Shown in pieces: positions 42,866-44,923 of a stretch of DNA of 44,923 bases; positions within the stretch are counted from its first letter, which is position 1; the number at the start of each line of letters is the position of its first letter. The notes under the pieces were generated by a model. That model was not told the DNA's origin, made no database searches, and saw only the letters and a list, made by a program, of their open reading frames with translations. A program made the translations under genes and the position numbers. Origin of the DNA: Patescibacteria group bacterium (GTDB taxonomy: Bacteria > Patescibacteriota > Minisyncoccia > Phycocordibacterales > Phycocordibacteraceae); NCBI GenBank assembly GCA_004296925.1, contig SCVI01000037.1:1-44923 (forward strand), given 5' to 3'.

Positions 42866-44923
42866 TTAAATTTCTCTGTATCCTGGAAGCACGCGGACTG
42901 TCGTTGAAACAGATGGGTTGAAAGAACCCGCAATACACGAAAATGTGTAGGTGCTCTCGCCGCTCACTGTTACTGATTGAACTCCTGATTTCAGAGATGA
43001 CGAAATACCAGGGCCCGATATGCTGCAGGCATCTACTGCGCCAGCAACCGACCATGTAATTGTGGTTCTGTCGCCCGTACGAACGAGAGCTGGTGTTGCG
43101 CGAAGTGAGAGTGTTGGTGCAACCACAGACACTGTAGCCGAACTGTATGCGTTATTACCGGCCGCGTCACGACACGTTAGGGTGTAGAACGTCGTACTAA
43201 GCGGACTTACAGTAGTAGTGCCTGATGTACGATCACCAGTAGCAAATCCTCCTCCTGTGCATGACGTAGCATTTGCAGAAATCCATGAAAGCGTTGCTGA
43301 AGTACCACGGACAATTGTTGAAGGGAATGCTGTAAGTAATGCTGATACCCCTCCTGAGGTAGGTGGCGTGGGTGGAGTAGGTGGCGTAGGTGGGGTAGGT
43401 GGCGTGGGTGGAGTTACACATGAAGCTCCGGAACAAACATTGGTAGTACATTGAGCAGTTACAGTTGCAGCCGAGGATCCAGTACCAGTCGTGGTAGTAG
43501 TTCCTCCAGGAATCGTTGTAGTAGTTGTAGTGTTAGTTGTATTTGTGTTAGCTGTTCCAAATCCTGCAAAGAAATTGTAGTTCGTTTGATTACTTCCACC
43601 TCCGCCAGAACTATAAGAATCTTTTCTCACAAGCGAAGCTCCGGTATATGCATCGTAGAAGTAGAAAGTGTTTATAGGTTGTCCTGTTGGACTAACTTTT
43701 TCACGGACTTCAACATTACAACAGCCTCCCGCAGGAGTAATTTCATTACATTCTGCAACTAAACCTCCAATTCCTTCAGTAAAACCAACGCCGTCTTGCG
43801 TATCACCGGAACTACCAACTTTAGTACCACCAGAGCACTGCATTGCTCCTTGGAGTGCTACTGATACACCATTAGTAGTGGTGTTCGGAGTGTTGGTAGT
43901 GGTAGTGGTTGGATTACTCGTAGTAGTCGTATTAGATACCGAGGTATCGGTAACCACAACTGAAGCTGTTTTTATACCTTGCGAAGAGTACGACTTCGAT
44001 ACGGAAGCGCTCGTACCTGACAATCCTTCGGTTCCACTCCATGAATAAGTGTAATTTCCTGATCCGCCAGATGGATTCACTGTCCAAGTCACCGAAGAGC
44101 CGGGCGCCGGTGTTAATGATGAAGGCGCACACGATGCTGAAAGAGTTGGCGAAGTAACATACACCGTCGTATACGCAGAAGCAGTAGGCGCTGGTGATGT
44201 TGGTGGAGGTGTTGTTCCGTCGCTGCAGTTATACAGATCGGTTCTAATAGTGCAATCAACAATTTTGTTTACTTTACACACATTGGTGCTGGTGCTACAT
44301 GTCTTGCCTTCTGGATTTACCGGACAGTTTGGTACTGAGGAATATGCTTTATTGGGATCAGTTACAGGACATGCGAAGTCACTAATGTCAGACTCTCTAT
44401 ATTGCCATGTACCCGACGTAGCTGAAGCGACACACTCGTAGTTTGTGACATTTCCATATACGGTCCCTAGTCCGGAACAATCGTTTGGACCTTCAAAAGC
44501 GTGGCTTTTGCAAACAAGCCCTATTTGATTGGAAGTGCAACTGTTTCCTTGTGGAGGACTAATCCCTGCAACATCCTCACAAACAGGTTTTTGTATGTTG
44601 ACGGCATTGCTTCCACCTGTACAAATTTTGGTGTTGTAGGGATCGCCTTTTTGTTGCCACGTGCCAGCGCTGGATGATGTGACGGAAGAATTTGCACCAC
44701 TGCAGGTAATGGAATAGTTGGTAGTGCTGTTTAAGGGTCCCGTAGAAACGGAACCTGACGTACTGCCGGAAGTTTCAAAGCCTGTTCCCTCGCATGAAAC
44801 GGCGTTAGTTGAGGCCCATGTAAGTGTCGATGATTGATTGGACCGTATACTCTCCGGATTTGCGGTCAATGTAACAGTCGGCGCCGGAGGCGGATTCACC
44901 GTGAGCGTTGCCGAAGCTGTCGC
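42866..44923 (-). CDS. second giant secreted repeat protein (5' end outside the window)
   Basis: The frame stays open to the window edge upstream of the listed Met. It contains Ig-like modules related to the 20792-24076 protein (SSTLTWASTNAVSC, TSATLSWISANATSC), a Cys-rich segment, a PKD-like segment (NPSGGSGNYTYSWSG), Thr/Asn low-complexity runs and a (TPP)6 linker. Confidence 0.8.
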   Translation of the reverse strand, partial: ATASATLTVNPPPAPTVTLTANPESIRSNQSSTLTWASTNAVSCEGTGFETSGSTSGSVSTGPLNSTTNYSITCSGANSSVTSSSAGTWQQKGDPYNTKICTGGSNAVNIQKPVCEDVAGISPPQGNSCTSNQIGLVCKSHAFEGPNDCSGLGTVYGNVTNYECVASATSGTWQYRESDISDFACPVTDPNKAYSSVPNCPVNPEGKTCSTSTNVCKVNKIVDCTIRTDLYNCSDGTTPPPTSPAPTASAYTTVYVTSPTLSASCAPSSLTPAPGSSVTWTVNPSGGSGNYTYSWSGTEGLSGTSASVSKSYSSQGIKTASVVVTDTSVSNTTTTSNPTTTTTNTPNTTTNGVSVALQGAMQCSGGTKVGSSGDTQDGVGFTEGIGGLVAECNEITPAGGCCNVEVREKVSPTGQPINTFYFYDAYTGASLVRKDSYSSGGGGSNQTNYNFFAGFGTANTNTTNTTTTTTIPGGTTTTTGTGSSAATVTAQCTTNVCSGASCVTPPTPPTPPTPPTPPTPPTSGGVSALLTAFPSTIVRGTSATLSWISANATSCTGGGFATGDRTSGTTTVSPLSTTFYTLTCRDAAGNNAYSSATVSVVAPTLSLRATPALVRTGDRTTITWSVAGAVDACSISGPGISSSLKSGVQSVTVSGESTYTFSCIAGSFNPSVSTTVRVLPGYREI
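43358..43414 (-). repeat. 9-bp x6 in-frame tandem repeat encoding (TPP)n
   Basis: The plus strand reads AGGTGGCGT GGGTGGAGT AGGTGGCGT AGGTGGGGT AGGTGGCGT GGGTGGAGT, which encodes PPTPPTPPTPPTPPTPPT on the minus strand. Confidence 0.8.

Overview
The window is a gene-dense (about 90% coding) chromosomal segment. It looks like a small-genome, CPR/Patescibacteria-type (Parcubacteria-like) bacterium; this assignment is inferred from gene content and domain-minimised proteins, not from a database search. The genetic code is standard: TGA terminates trmD and pheS at the expected lengths. Most genes are housekeeping: trmD, a KH protein, rpsP, zwf, gnd, rnr, gdhA, malic enzyme, smc, rnc, nusB, rpmF, rnhB, dnaE, thrS, gyrB, purD, an MscS channel, pheST, a purH fragment, tRNA-Thr(UGU), tsf, rpsB, prfA and rpmE. 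I saw no CRISPR array, rRNA, transposase, integrase or prophage. The region I cannot assign is a cell-surface island at about 20.7-28.1 kb. It holds a tightly packed minus-strand operon: a 682-aa orphan membrane protein, then a sortase, then a 1094-aa protein. The 1094-aa protein has eight Cys-bracketed repeat modules, an IPYTG motif, a TM helix and a 304-aa intracellular domain. The operon is bracketed by a promoter pair with a shared motif and a 46-bp perfect palindrome, and a CARDB-like protein is transcribed divergently from it. A second, related giant repeat protein runs off the 3' end of the window. Other oddities are a hinge-less 724-aa SMC, a NusB-Nudix fusion, a stand-alone AICAR-transformylase half of PurH, a GIY-YIG ORF that reads into tRNA-Thr, several small zinc-ribbon ORFs below the ORF-track cutoff, and hairpins that abut start codons. 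All functional calls rest on motif recognition by eye. No searches were run.
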